From Candidatus Hydrogenedentota bacterium (GTDB lineage Bacteria > Hydrogenedentota > Hydrogenedentia > Hydrogenedentales > SLHB01): DNA of 64,000 bases. This document shows, piece by piece, positions 18,846 to 29,184 of the stretch (the stretch's first letter is position 1; each line of letters starts with the position of its first letter). The notes beneath the pieces were generated by a model, which saw only the letters and a program-made list of their open reading frames with translations, was not told the DNA's origin and did no database searches. Both the position numbers and the translations under genes were made by a program. The stretch covers positions 32,001-96,000 of the forward strand of contig BTVY01000021.1 in assembly GCA_045863335.1 (NCBI GenBank), read 5' to 3'.

Positions 18846-19604
18846 CTACTCTCCCGCGTTCGAACTCATGACCAAGGCGCCATGTCCCGACGCGATCTGA
18901 AACAACGCGATCGCAGCGGCGACAGCCACGTTCAGGCTATCCAAATCTCTCGCCAGTGGAATCGTGACAGAAACATCCGCTTCCTTCCGCACGCCGGGAC
19001 GCAGTCCCTCGGATTCGTTTCCGAGTACCAGCGCACAGCGATCTGCCCACGGCGTATCAAATACGCTTTGGCCACCGGCCGCGTCCATGGCATACACCCA
19101 GAACCCCGCCTCTTTTAGGGCGCGAAGCGTTTGGGCCACGTTTCCGCATTGCACGATGGGCACATGAAAGGCCGTGCCCGCGCTGGCGCGCAACACGTCC
19201 TCGTCCAGCAGGGCTCCGCCGCGGCTGGTCACCAGCACGCCCGCCGCGCCTGCCCCCGCCGCAGTACGAATCAGCATGCCGAGGTTCTTGGGATGCTGTA
19301 TTTGATCGAGGACGAGCAACGTCGCTTTCGGCCCGCACTGCGCGAGGCAGTCCGCCAGCGCCGTGTATTCCACGGGACTGATGATGGCGACGACGCCCTG
19401 GTGCTCCTGCGTGCCGGCCAGTTCGTTGAGTTTCGCCTGCGGCACAAAATCGAACCGCACCTTCGCGCGCTTCGCCTCCGATACAAGCGCGTTTACCCCG
19501 TGCGCACGCGACTCCTTCGCGATGTACACGCGGTTCACGCGCCCGGCGGAACGCAACGCTTCGGTGACGGCATTTACGCCGTGGATGACTTTCGTGGAGG
19601 ACAT
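18846..19604 (-). CDS. rlmB: 23S rRNA (guanosine-2251-2'-O)-methyltransferase, SpoU/TrmH family
   Basis: IHGVNAVTEAL, HQGVVA, LDQIQHPKNLG, LGNESEGLR, SLNVAVA. Confidence 0.88.
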   Translation of the reverse strand: MSSTKVIHGVNAVTEALRSAGRVNRVYIAKESRAHGVNALVSEAKRAKVRFDFVPQAKLNELAGTQEHQGVVAIISPVEYTALADCLAQCGPKATLLVLDQIQHPKNLGMLIRTAAGAGAAGVLVTSRGGALLDEDVLRASAGTAFHVPIVQCGNVAQTLRALKEAGFWVYAMDAAGGQSVFDTPWADRCALVLGNESEGLRPGVRKEADVSVTIPLARDLDSLNVAVAAAIALFQIASGHGALVMSSNAGE

Positions 19605-19668
19605 GAGCGGGATCGTATGCGACGCCGCGTGGGATTGCAACGCGGACAGATTGACGATAGGGGTGCGC

Positions 19669-20130
19669 TCAAGTACCGCCTTCGTGCCGCACGGGCTCGC
19701 TGATCCCTGGCGACGTTGTCAGCAACAAAATCAAGACATAGGCGTGAGCGCCAATGAACAAAAGGATGGGCAGCGATGCCGGCAGGTCATGACGCCAGTC
19801 AATTCCATCGCCCGCCAGCGATGCAGCTCCGATCAAGAGGACGCCGCCGACAGTGACGCTGGCACAGACCAGGCACAAGCCGTAATAGCCCCACGTTCGC
19901 CCTTTGGAGAACAGATAAGCCGCAAGCGCGGCAAACAGAAGGACACCAACTCGGTTGAAGTCTCGAGCATCGACATCAGGAAACCAGACGCCGGACTCCG
20001 CATCACGAAAAACCGCAAGGAAGGACAACAGGGTCAGCATGCCGTAAAACCCGGCGAGCACCCGCCCCGCGTAACGTACCCGCCGTGATGGCGCGTTTGC
20101 CATGTACCCTCCAGAGACCGTGAAATCCAT
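19669..20130 (-). CDS. Hypothetical membrane protein (about 4 TM)
   Basis: Four hydrophobic segments; the true start may be the ATG at ~20103 after GGAGGG. Confidence 0.55.
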   Translation of the reverse strand: MDFTVSGGYMANAPSRRVRYAGRVLAGFYGMLTLLSFLAVFRDAESGVWFPDVDARDFNRVGVLLFAALAAYLFSKGRTWGYYGLCLVCASVTVGGVLLIGAASLAGDGIDWRHDLPASLPILLFIGAHAYVLILLLTTSPGISEPVRHEGGT

Positions 20131-20199
20131 TGCGTGCGATCAACTCTTTCGCAATAATAGCAGCGCACTCAGAAACGCACAAACCACAGGGGGCAATTC

Positions 20200-21228
20200 A
20201 TGTTTTCGTTCGCCGGCAAGTATTTATATCGGTTGATATCAATTCTTCCCTCCGGGTCTGCGTTGGCCGTCCTACTTCTGGCGGCTTCCTGCGCGTCGGT
20301 GCGAACCGGCTCGCCGTTCGCGGGCGCTCCGCCGGCGGCTCCAGGGTACACGGACTACCGGGACGCCATCGAAGCGTTGTCCTCCGGCGCGGTACCGCGG
20401 GTGCAGGCGCCAGAATCGGTTCCGGCCGGTATCGACTTCTACGACGATCTGACATTCTCGGAGCCGGACGGCGTCACACTCACGCTGGATCTGTATGTTC
20501 CGGCGGAGTCGAGCGCGCCTCCCCCACTCATGCTCTTCATTCACGGCGGCGGTTGGCATCAAGGAAAGAAAGAACACACCGCCTACTACAACAACTACTT
20601 TGCGCAGCGCGGCTACGCGACGGCTTCTGCGGCTTACCGTCTCTCGCCGGAGCATACCTTTCCCGCCGCAATCCAGGACGTGAAGTGCGCGATGGTCTGG
20701 TTGAAGCAGCACGGACCCGAGTACGGTTTTGATGGGAGTCGCGTCGTGCTCATCGGCGGTTCTGCGGGCGGCCACTTGTCGCTGCTGGCGGGCTACAGCC
20801 AGGATCCCGCGCTGGCGTGTCCCAACGCGCCGGCCGGTTCGGAACCCGAGGTAAAGGGCATTGTGAATTTCTATGGCGTCGTGGACTGCACGACGCCTCG
20901 CGCGCAAGCGGCTCATCAAGTCAATGATTTCATCGGCCAGCCGTACAGCGAAGCGCCAGACCGGTACGCCTTGGCGTCGCCGATCCATCATCTCGACGCG
21001 AACGATCCGCCGACGCTGACCTTCCACGGAACTATCGATGAGCTGGTCCCGATTTCCCAGGCGGACACGTTGCACGCGAGACTGGATGAATTGAACGTGC
21101 CCAACTACTACGACCGCGTCGAAGGGTGGCACCATTCCATGGACCTTGCGGTGCCGCTCAGCGAGCGATTCTGTTACGTCACCGAGCGATTTCTGAAACG
21201 GTATCTGCCCCTGGGTTCCGCCGAATAG
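20200..21228 (+). CDS. Alpha/beta hydrolase (HSL/BD-FAE-like esterase), possible lipoprotein
   Basis: HGGGW, GGSAGG, FHGTIDELVP, GWHH. Confidence 0.88.
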   Translation: MFSFAGKYLYRLISILPSGSALAVLLLAASCASVRTGSPFAGAPPAAPGYTDYRDAIEALSSGAVPRVQAPESVPAGIDFYDDLTFSEPDGVTLTLDLYVPAESSAPPPLMLFIHGGGWHQGKKEHTAYYNNYFAQRGYATASAAYRLSPEHTFPAAIQDVKCAMVWLKQHGPEYGFDGSRVVLIGGSAGGHLSLLAGYSQDPALACPNAPAGSEPEVKGIVNFYGVVDCTTPRAQAAHQVNDFIGQPYSEAPDRYALASPIHHLDANDPPTLTFHGTIDELVPISQADTLHARLDELNVPNYYDRVEGWHHSMDLAVPLSERFCYVTERFLKRYLPLGSAE

Positions 21229-21253
21229 GCTCTCGGTTCCGAAGTTCTTGCGT

Positions 21254-21291
21254 GCGAGGCACTCCCCGCCGTTTCGCGGGGAGTGCCTCGC
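21254..21291. terminator. 16-bp perfect hairpin between convergent genes
   Basis: gcgaggcactccccgc-cgtttc-gcggggagtgcctcgc. Confidence 0.6.
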
Positions 21292-21341
21292 TTGCGTTAT
21301 GGGAGACGCGGGTACTGCAGTTTGCGCCGCCTTGGGTCGCC

Positions 21342-22316
21342 TTAGCCGCCTACGGCGGTCATCGCCCACGCTACAGGTTCATTGACCGGACCTTTCCCGG
21401 TCGCCGTGTACTTGTGGAACTCCACATGTCCATCCATGAACAGCACGTTCGATCCGCCGGGAACGTGGTTCATCTTGGACGTGTCCGTGGAGAGCGTGTC
21501 GAACATGACGAAGATGCTGCTTTGGGCACTCGTCGATCCCGCCGGGTTGTTGATGTCCGTGATCGTGAATCGTTCGATGCCCTCGCGCAGGCGGCCCACT
21601 CGATCGGAATTCGCGTTGCCCAATGCGGAGGCGCCGGTGACGCCTTCACTTTCGGCCTCGGCCATGTCGATGTCCTCGTCGCCGGCCGATTCGCTGCCCG
21701 ATTCCGCTTGCAACGTCACACCCGCCAGCATACCGGCCAACTGGCCGTTGATGTTGCCGGTCACAGAATTGTAGCCGAACGCCGCGAGGATCGAACCAGG
21801 GACTGTGGGTTCGCTGCCATCGGTCCGGTCAAGGAGCCAGCCGAAGTACACGTAACTGGAGTCGACAGCGCTCCAGCCGGTGTCAATGTCTTCACAGTTC
21901 CGCCCGAAGATGGTCTCTCCGGTGACGGCGCTCACGGCATTCTCATCGTACGAGTCTTCCGCATCCGACGGGCAGAACACCAAGGCCCCGTCGGTGAGGT
22001 ATTCCGGAAAGACGGCCGGTACCTTGAACCCGGTCGCAATGGCCCCGAAATCGCCGGTTTCGGGATACGCGGCGTCCTCACAGTCCACGACGGGCGTATA
22101 CAATTCCACCATCATCGGCGGCCACGCCCCGCCCTGGGATTCGTTGCTGTACATCTTGAACACGATGCCCATTTGCTTCAGGTTGTTTTGGCAACTCGCT
22201 CGTCGCGCCGCTTCCCGGGCTCGCGCCAGGGCCGGCAACAAGATTGCGGCCAGAATCCCGATAATCGCAATCACGACCAACAATTCGATCAACGTAAAAC
22301 CTCGTTTCAACTTCAT
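21342..22316 (-). CDS. Prepilin-type N-terminal cleavage/methylation protein (DUF1559, H-X9-DG-CTERM)
   Basis: [45 protein letters not shown]; [16 protein letters not shown]. Confidence 0.92.
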   Translation of the reverse strand: MKLKRGFTLIELLVVIAIIGILAAILLPALARAREAARRASCQNNLKQMGIVFKMYSNESQGGAWPPMMVELYTPVVDCEDAAYPETGDFGAIATGFKVPAVFPEYLTDGALVFCPSDAEDSYDENAVSAVTGETIFGRNCEDIDTGWSAVDSSYVYFGWLLDRTDGSEPTVPGSILAAFGYNSVTGNINGQLAGMLAGVTLQAESGSESAGDEDIDMAEAESEGVTGASALGNANSDRVGRLREGIERFTITDINNPAGSTSAQSSIFVMFDTLSTDTSKMNHVPGGSNVLFMDGHVEFHKYTATGKGPVNEPVAWAMTAVGG

Positions 22317-22878
22317 ACTACTGATACCCCTTTCACTACGCTTGTGCGTGAACCGCCCGTGTACGACCTTCGCCATGCGAACACCGATCGCAAACGCGCC
22401 AAACGGCCCACCGCACCAACCATCCGACACCCAATGCCGGAACAAACAGCGCTTCTATTCGACGCCCAACGCAGGCAAAAATAAGCCAAATACGTATTTA
22501 ACTATTTATATTTTGTACTATATACTCAGACCAATCGAGTGAGAGACGTCTCCCTCGGAGGATCTGTCAGTCCAGAAATTGGACACGGACGAATCCCTCC
22601 AGACCATCCCATGAGGGATTCGCACCCGCGTCTGCCAGCTAAGCCGTTTAATCAATGGAGCTTCCATCGCACCTGGCGCGGTAGCTTCCGAGCTTTCCCC
22701 GATTCGCCTTCGTGGCGCATCAGTTCAACAGGAGCAACGATGGTGCCGAAGCAGACCGGCGACAAAGCCATTCGTGTAATGCATTATGCATGAATATGTT
22801 ACAGCATCTACGGCAGTCTCATCGGAGGGATTGAGGGATTCCGGGAAGGACCGCAAGTCCAAATTCTGGGCTGGACTT

Positions 22879-22895
22879 TGTAACAATTCGTTACA
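22879..22895. promoter_or_regulatory. Palindromic putative transcription-factor site TGTAAC-N5-GTTACA
   Basis: Perfect 6-bp inverted repeat in the divergent intergenic region upstream of the ABC transporter. Confidence 0.45.
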
Positions 22896-23056
22896 GAGAA
22901 ACCTGATGTGGTCCAGTACGGGCCGGCCCACTCCTTCTACCGGCCTGCTGTCCGCAAATCTTCATTGGGATTCCCAGATGCCGATTGGCTCCTCTCGGGC
23001 CTTCGTGGTAAACTCCGGCCCAAACGAACCCGCCTCATCTGTACCCGGGAGCAGTG

Positions 23057-25084
23057 ATGTACGGCATCGACGAAAAGAGCAATTACGACCCCCGTTTTGC
23101 CGCCAAGACCCGCGGCCGTTCCTGGCCTATCTACCGGCGGCTCCTGGGCTATGTCTTCGCATATAAAGCCCGGCTCGCCGTATCCATCGTGCTCGCCATG
23201 TTTGTCGCGGCATCCTTCGGCGGGATTATCGTGGGCACCGGCAACGTGGTTCGATTCGTGTTCCAGGGCGAGGAGCAGTTTCAGGACGAACTGGCGGGGA
23301 TGAAGAAGAACATCCTCGAACGAAGCCAGTGGGTCCACGAGAATCTCCGAATAGAGCTTGTCGGTGTGGACGAGAGTGTCGAGGATCTTCTGCTATACCT
23401 CCGCGAAGACGGCAAAGAGATGCGCGCCATGGCGTGGCTTTGCGCATTCGTCCTATCGCTTGCCTTGTTTGGCGGCGTAGCGCGATTCTTCCAGGAGTAC
23501 CTGTCGGCGTCCATCGCCACGTTCGTGACGGTGGAGATCGGACAGGAGATGTACGCCAACATCATCCGGCTGCCCATGCGCTTCTTCGAGCAACGCACGT
23601 CGGGCGAGATCATTGCGCGGATGACGAACGACGCGTTCTCCGCGGGACGCGGGTTGACCGCGGTATTCATGAAACTCTTTCGCGAGCCCTTCAAGTTCCT
23701 GGTCTGCCTCGGTATTGCGGTTGCCATCGCTCCGGGCCTCACGGCAATCGGCCTGATCGTCCTGCCGTTGGTGGGCCTGATTATGGTCAAGATCGGACAC
23801 AGCGTCCGGAAGCGGATGCGCCGGACGCTCGAAAAGATCGCCGGGTTGCAGACCGTGGCCAAGGAAAGCGTCACCGGCATCAGCATTATCAAAGGCTTTT
23901 CCATGGAGCCCCACGTGGTCGATCTCGTGAACCGCGAATACCGCAAGCTCAAACGCCAGGGACTGAAGATGATGAAAGCGGAGGCCGCCATCGGCCCGCT
24001 CACCGAATTCGTCATGATTTGCGGCTTCGTCGTCTTCGTATTGCTGAGCGCGCGGCAGGTGATCGCCGGGCAACTGCAGATCGCCGACCTCATGATGCTC
24101 TACGTGGCCCTCGCCGGCATGCTCGACCCAGTCCGAAAACTTACGTCAGTCAACAACGCGGTGCAGACCAGTGTTGCCAGCGCGGAACGGGTCTTCGAGT
24201 TTATCGATCTGAAGCCCGATATCGTAGACGCACCCGACGCGGTCGAGTTGCAGCCGATCCGCGACGCGATTCAGTTCAATGACGTGCGCTTCTCGTACGA
24301 CGGAACGACGGAGGTGTTGCACGGCCTGACCTTCGAGGTAAAGAAGGGCGAGATGGTTGCCATCGTCGGATTCAGTGGCGCGGGCAAGAGTACGCTCGTG
24401 AAGCTCATCCCCCGGTTCTACGATGTTTCCGGCGGTTCTATTCGCATCGACGGGATCGACATTCGCAAGGTCACGCAGGAAAGTTTGCGTGCGCAAATCA
24501 GCATCGTCACGCAGGATACCATCCTCTTCAACGAATCCGTGCGCGTGAACATTGCGGCGGGGAAAGAAGTCTACTCCGAGGAACGCGTGTGGGAGGCGTT
24601 ACGCGCCGCGCACGCCAACGAGTTTGTGGAGAAGCTGTATCAGAAGCTCGAGACCCCCATCGGCGAGGCCGGCGGCACGTTATCCGGCGGGCAACGCCAG
24701 CGCCTCGCCATCGCCCGCGCGCTGATCAAGGACCCGAAGATCCTGATCCTCGACGAGGCGACATCGAGCCTGGATTCCGAAAGCGAACGCGCGATTCAAA
24801 AGGCCATCGAAGAGTTCGTCGTGGGGCGTACGTCCATCGTTATCGCGCACCGGCTCTCCACCATTCGCCGTGCCGACCGCATCATCGTGCTTGATGAAGG
24901 GCATCTGGCTGAAGAAGGTACGCACGACGAGTTGCTCTTGCGGCCCGACAGTATTTACCGCAGGTTATACGAAGTGCAGTTCGCGGTTTCGGAGCAGCCG
25001 GAAGCGGAAGCCCCGGAAGCGGACGGCGAAACGGTTGCGAGCGCCGCCGTCAAGCGGGAGGACGATCGCGATGCGGCGTATTAG
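23057..25084 (+). CDS. ABC transporter permease/ATPase, MsbA-like exporter
   Basis: Six-TM domain; GFSGAGKS, LSGGQRQR, ILILDEATSSLD, IAHRLST. Confidence 0.9.
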   Translation: MYGIDEKSNYDPRFAAKTRGRSWPIYRRLLGYVFAYKARLAVSIVLAMFVAASFGGIIVGTGNVVRFVFQGEEQFQDELAGMKKNILERSQWVHENLRIELVGVDESVEDLLLYLREDGKEMRAMAWLCAFVLSLALFGGVARFFQEYLSASIATFVTVEIGQEMYANIIRLPMRFFEQRTSGEIIARMTNDAFSAGRGLTAVFMKLFREPFKFLVCLGIAVAIAPGLTAIGLIVLPLVGLIMVKIGHSVRKRMRRTLEKIAGLQTVAKESVTGISIIKGFSMEPHVVDLVNREYRKLKRQGLKMMKAEAAIGPLTEFVMICGFVVFVLLSARQVIAGQLQIADLMMLYVALAGMLDPVRKLTSVNNAVQTSVASAERVFEFIDLKPDIVDAPDAVELQPIRDAIQFNDVRFSYDGTTEVLHGLTFEVKKGEMVAIVGFSGAGKSTLVKLIPRFYDVSGGSIRIDGIDIRKVTQESLRAQISIVTQDTILFNESVRVNIAAGKEVYSEERVWEALRAAHANEFVEKLYQKLETPIGEAGGTLSGGQRQRLAIARALIKDPKILILDEATSSLDSESERAIQKAIEEFVVGRTSIVIAHRLSTIRRADRIIVLDEGHLAEEGTHDELLLRPDSIYRRLYEVQFAVSEQPEAEAPEADGETVASAAVKREDDRDAAY

Positions 25085-25130
25085 CTTAACCGGCAGGGCA
25101 TCGATGCATCATCATCCGGACGGAAGTACC

Positions 25131-25351
25131 TCCCCCTTGATCCCCCTTCAAAGGGGGAATTCGCGTGTCCAAGATAAACGCGTTAAAGAGAGCGATTCGC
25201 TCCGAAATCGGGATAGAATCGTTATCACACTGCAACGCGGAGCGTTGCGATCGAGGCAGGAGCGGGTCGTCTCGACCAGTTGCTACGTCCATTACCGACA
25301 GATTTTGTTCGGTGAAATTCCCCCTTCGAAGGGGGATCAAGGGGGATGTTC
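25131..25351. repeat. Inverted pair of CCCCCTT-nn-AAGGGGG repeats
   Basis: tcccccttgatcccccttcaaagggggaatt ... aattcccccttcgaagggggatcaagggggatgttc; also at 50018 and 55305-55456. Confidence 0.85.
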
Positions 25352-25412
25352 TTCGGTTTCCGCCAGCGAAGTCTCCGCGATCGGCAACCGGCGCACACTG
25401 GTGTACGGCTGG

Positions 25413-26108
25413 GTGCGCAACGTGTGCTTGGCGCTTGTCATTCTCGTCGCGATGGGCTGTGGCTCAGGGGAAACCGGACCAAACGGGCAGGAGCCGCCAG
25501 CAGTGCCAGCGACCGACAGCGCTTCACGGTCTGCGGCAGAGCAAAACGCTACTGCGGACGACACCGCCCTGGCGCGGGTGTTTGTGCGCGACATGGATGG
25601 CAACCCGATGCCGAACATGCTGCCCATCGCATCGACGGAGCCGAACGCCTTCAACAAACCCATCGCGACCGGCCAACCGACGGGCGCGGATGGACGGGGC
25701 TACGTCACCATACCGACCGACCAATGGCTGTACGTGCGCGCGTGGGATCCCACCAGCCGCATGTTCGCGAACAATTACTACGACGTGCTCCCGGGCAAAG
25801 CCGAAACGACGGACGTGATGGAAATTGTTATGGTGCCGGGGGCTTCCTTGAGCGCGGTTGTCGTGGACCGGAGCGGAGTGCCCGTGGCCGATTCGCCGGT
25901 AGGCATGATGATGGCGCATCCGACCCGAGGCCCCTGGTGGCCCGCCGAGTCGCACACCGACGAGTACGGTCGTGTGATTTTTGAGTCCTTGCCTGCGGGG
26001 AAGTATCAGGTGACTCTCGAAATCCCGGGCGGACAGCAGATCGATCTCCCGGAAGTGGCGCTGCCACCGGGCGGCAATGCGGACCTGGGGCCGCTCGCAG
26101 TCCAATAG
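25413..26108 (+). CDS. Lipoprotein with carboxypeptidase-regulatory-like (Cna-B-like) domains
   Basis: Lipobox VAMGC; VVDRSGVPVA..TDEYGRVIFESLPAGKYQV. Start uncertain (GTG 25401 or 25413). Confidence 0.7.
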   Translation: MRNVCLALVILVAMGCGSGETGPNGQEPPAVPATDSASRSAAEQNATADDTALARVFVRDMDGNPMPNMLPIASTEPNAFNKPIATGQPTGADGRGYVTIPTDQWLYVRAWDPTSRMFANNYYDVLPGKAETTDVMEIVMVPGASLSAVVVDRSGVPVADSPVGMMMAHPTRGPWWPAESHTDEYGRVIFESLPAGKYQVTLEIPGGQQIDLPEVALPPGGNADLGPLAVQ

Positions 26109-26142
26109 CGGCGAACGGGCCCGCGTGCGGGGAGCATCGCCA

Positions 26143-26817
26143 TTATTCGCTGACGACGTCCGTCGGTCCGTCGAGATAGACCCCCATCACCGCACCTTCC
26201 GGACTGATGATCACGAGCCGCTGTTTGACGAATGCCAGGCTGCACCCTTCACCGCAGACCTGGGCCCAGACCAACTCCAATCGCGCCACGTAGCATTCGG
26301 GATAATGGCGCCCCTGGATATCGAACCACTTGTGGTGATCGATCACGCCTGAATAACGCAGGCGGCACCGCTCCACGGCCGCACCGCCGGTGGGGCCGGT
26401 TTCGGCGCTTTCGAAGGACTCGATAAGCCGCGAGAAGTATTCGACGGAAGCGGCCGTGATCGCGCATGGGATGTGTACCCCATTCCGCACGAGGTAGGAC
26501 CAGGACGGCTGTTCTGCCGGCGGCGCGACGCCTTCTTGCTGAACCAGTTGCCGCCACGCCGCGACGGATTCCTGACTCGGGTACACGGACTCGGCGATGT
26601 GAAGGAGTTCGCGCTGATGCTCGTCATCGTAGATTCGCGTGATGGTCGCGGAGAAGTTGCCCCTCACGTAGTCCTGTTCCGGCAACGCGATCTTCTGGTC
26701 GTGCTGCGACACGTACCAATCGCCTGTTGCGCGGGCTTCCGGTACGGAACGATCCATCGCGGCGCAACCGGAGAGTGCCAGCGGAACGCAGAACAAACCC
26801 AACAATATCTTACCCAT
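26143..26817 (-). CDS. Hypothetical lipoprotein
   Basis: Lipobox LSGC; C-terminal CGEGC motif. Confidence 0.65.
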   Translation of the reverse strand: MGKILLGLFCVPLALSGCAAMDRSVPEARATGDWYVSQHDQKIALPEQDYVRGNFSATITRIYDDEHQRELLHIAESVYPSQESVAAWRQLVQQEGVAPPAEQPSWSYLVRNGVHIPCAITAASVEYFSRLIESFESAETGPTGGAAVERCRLRYSGVIDHHKWFDIQGRHYPECYVARLELVWAQVCGEGCSLAFVKQRLVIISPEGAVMGVYLDGPTDVVSE

Positions 26818-26917
26818 GGCAAGGCCTCAGATTGACTATTCGTAATTCGCGCGCACGGGGAAACCATATCACCACACTCACGAGGCCTTCCAATCTCCGG
26901 TACCCGCGCGGCGCGAG

Positions 26918-27307
26918 CTATGTCGAAAGGAACTTTGCCGCCAGCCACGGCCCCGCCAGCGTCGTCAACAGCACGAGAATCCATACCCGACCGCGACGCA
27001 GGTCGTAATCCGCAAACACGGCCGCCCATGGCTTCTTCATCCACACACGAACCATCGAGACTTCGAAGGCGACCGTCATGGCGGTCCATATGCAACCGAT
27101 GACCGCGGCTTGCGATGCGCCCATAGCGGTCCAACGCGCAAAAGCCACGATAAGCGCCCCGAAAACAATACACACCAGGATTGTTCCCACCTGATGAGCG
27201 CGCAATTCCCCCATGCGCGGCTTCAACAGTTTTTCGCGCAATCCCCCGCTTGTAACGGCGACGACCAGCAGTAGAAACCAGAATGCCAAGGCTTTCCAGA
27301 ACATCAA
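26918..27307 (-). CDS. Small four-TM hypothetical membrane protein
   Basis: GAGGA SD; GGLREKLL..AHQVGT..TVAFE..WAAVFADYDLRRGRVW. Confidence 0.75.
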   Translation of the reverse strand: MMFWKALAFWFLLLVVAVTSGGLREKLLKPRMGELRAHQVGTILVCIVFGALIVAFARWTAMGASQAAVIGCIWTAMTVAFEVSMVRVWMKKPWAAVFADYDLRRGRVWILVLLTTLAGPWLAAKFLST

Positions 27308-27351
27308 GCATCCTCATTCGTATAGAGTCCAACGCGGACCAATCGACAGGA

Positions 27352-28443
27352 TTACTGGTCGAGCTTGTCTTGGTGCTTCCGATACAGCCCGCGGAACTGA
27401 TGGTAGGTCAAGCCCATGGTTTCGGCGGCCTTTCGCTGATTGTACTTCGCATCGTCGAGCGCGCACTTCAGCAGGCAGAGTTCCACGCTCGTAATCGCGT
27501 CGTTGTATTTCATGCCATCCAGGACGGTCGAAAGATCCGGCGTCGCCGGTTCCGAGGGGATGGGGACAGCATGAGGCGCTTCGGCGACGGAAGTCTCCAC
27601 AGGCCGGCGGGGGGACGTCCGGTGTTCGTAGGGCGACTGAAACGGGTCGAAGATGATCTCGGTATCTTCGATGATGTTATCGTCGGAACGATAGACCGCC
27701 CGTTCGACCACATTCTTCAACTCCCGCACGTTTCCCGGCCAGTCATAGCCTTCGAGCACCTTGACAGCCTTGGGGGTGAACTCCGGGATTCCCTCCCACT
27801 TCAATTCGTAGGCCATCCGCGAACCGAAGTGTTGTGCGAGCAGCATGACATCTTCGCGCCGTTCGCGCAGGGGAGGCAGAAAGAGAACCTCGAAGGAAAG
27901 GCGGTCGAGCAGGTCGCGCATGAAATAGCCTTGGTCGGCCATCTCGCTGAGGTTGGCGTTGGTGGCGCCGATGATCCGCGCATCCACCTGGATCGGGCGG
28001 GAACTGCCCACGCGCTCGAAGCTGCCGTACTCGACCACGCGCAGGATCTTCTCCTGGGTCTCGACGGGGATGTTCCCGATTTCGTCCAGGAACAAGGTGC
28101 CATCGTTTGCCGCTTCAAAGCGCCCCGTTCGCCGGCGGCTGGCGCCAGTGAAGGCGCCTTCCTCGTGTCCAAAAAGCTCGGCCTCGATCAGCGACGAGGC
28201 CAGCGCCGCGCAATTCAGCGCCACGAAGGGTTCCTTCCACCGAGGCGACAGATAATGCACGCGCGCGGCGGCCAACTCTTTCCCTGTGCCGCGCTCGCCG
28301 ATGAGGAGAACCGGGCGATCCACCTGGGCAACGCGAGACAAACGTTCCTGAAAAGACAGAAATGCCTCAGAATGGCCCAAGGCCTCGTGAACAACCGAAT
28401 CGCCGATGGGCCTGTTCTCGCTATCGCGATCATATTCTGCCAT
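27352..28443 (-). CDS. pspF: Phage shock protein transcriptional activator (sigma54 enhancer-binding protein)
   Basis: GERGTGKELAAARVHYLSPRW, GAFTGA, DLLDRLSFEV, C-terminal YNQRKAAETMGLTYHQFRGL; no N-terminal sensor domain; divergent from pspA. Confidence 0.92.
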   Translation of the reverse strand: MAEYDRDSENRPIGDSVVHEALGHSEAFLSFQERLSRVAQVDRPVLLIGERGTGKELAAARVHYLSPRWKEPFVALNCAALASSLIEAELFGHEEGAFTGASRRRTGRFEAANDGTLFLDEIGNIPVETQEKILRVVEYGSFERVGSSRPIQVDARIIGATNANLSEMADQGYFMRDLLDRLSFEVLFLPPLRERREDVMLLAQHFGSRMAYELKWEGIPEFTPKAVKVLEGYDWPGNVRELKNVVERAVYRSDDNIIEDTEIIFDPFQSPYEHRTSPRRPVETSVAEAPHAVPIPSEPATPDLSTVLDGMKYNDAITSVELCLLKCALDDAKYNQRKAAETMGLTYHQFRGLYRKHQDKLDQ

Positions 28444-28573
28444 CAGACTTCCCGCCAGAGGTTTGCGTACCGCACCAGAGTTTAGCGACCTCCACCACTC
28501 AATGCAAGCTATATTTTTGGCTAGATACAGATAAGGCCAATTTTTCCAGCAACTTACAACGACATAAGCCAGT

Positions 28574-28588
28574 TGGCACAGCGATTGC
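28574..28588 (+). promoter_or_regulatory. Sigma54 -24/-12 promoter of the psp operon
   Basis: TGGCAC-AGCGA-TTGC. Confidence 0.85.
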
Positions 28589-28633
28589 CATTGACTCTGT
28601 TGTAAAGAAGCCAAGATCGGGAGATTACCTAAG

Positions 28634-29137
28634 ATGATGACGAATGCTCGGAACTGCAATTCGCGACGACGCTACGCGCGGGTTCCCGTTACCGGAACTG
28701 TCGAATACCGTTTGGGCGCTTTTCGCGGAACGGCGGAGCTGCGAGATGCCGGTCTATCCGGACTTTCCATGGCAGTCGACCGCAACCTGTTGCCCGGCCA
28801 GCGAATTATGGTCGAGGCCGTCAACTCGGGCGGAGGGATTGATCGCGCGAGGGAGATGAAGGGCGTGGTCTCATGGGTCGCTCCATCGGGGATCGAGGGA
28901 GAAAACCTTGTCGGGGTTCGTATCTATTGTATCGACGAAGGAACGCGGGAGACCATGCACGAACTCGTAAGCGCAGCGTTCAGGACCCGTAAGGAAGCAG
29001 CGTTACGACAGGTAAGCTGGGGCATTCGCCCCCTGCGGCATAGCCGAAGCGCGGGATTTATTGACACTAGCGACACATGGGTCGCCCAAGAATCAACCGA
29101 AACACATCTGAAACACACGACTGCGGCCGCAATTTGA
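28634..29137 (+). CDS. PilZ-domain protein
   Basis: RRYARVP (RxxxR) and DAGLSG (variant of D/NxSxxG); GVVSWV..VGVRI; GGGAG SD. Confidence 0.7.
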   Translation: MMTNARNCNSRRRYARVPVTGTVEYRLGAFRGTAELRDAGLSGLSMAVDRNLLPGQRIMVEAVNSGGGIDRAREMKGVVSWVAPSGIEGENLVGVRIYCIDEGTRETMHELVSAAFRTRKEAALRQVSWGIRPLRHSRSAGFIDTSDTWVAQESTETHLKHTTAAAI

Positions 29138-29184
29138 AGTGCCAAGTTTGCCGCTGGCGCGGCTAACAGGTCAAAGGAGGAGTC

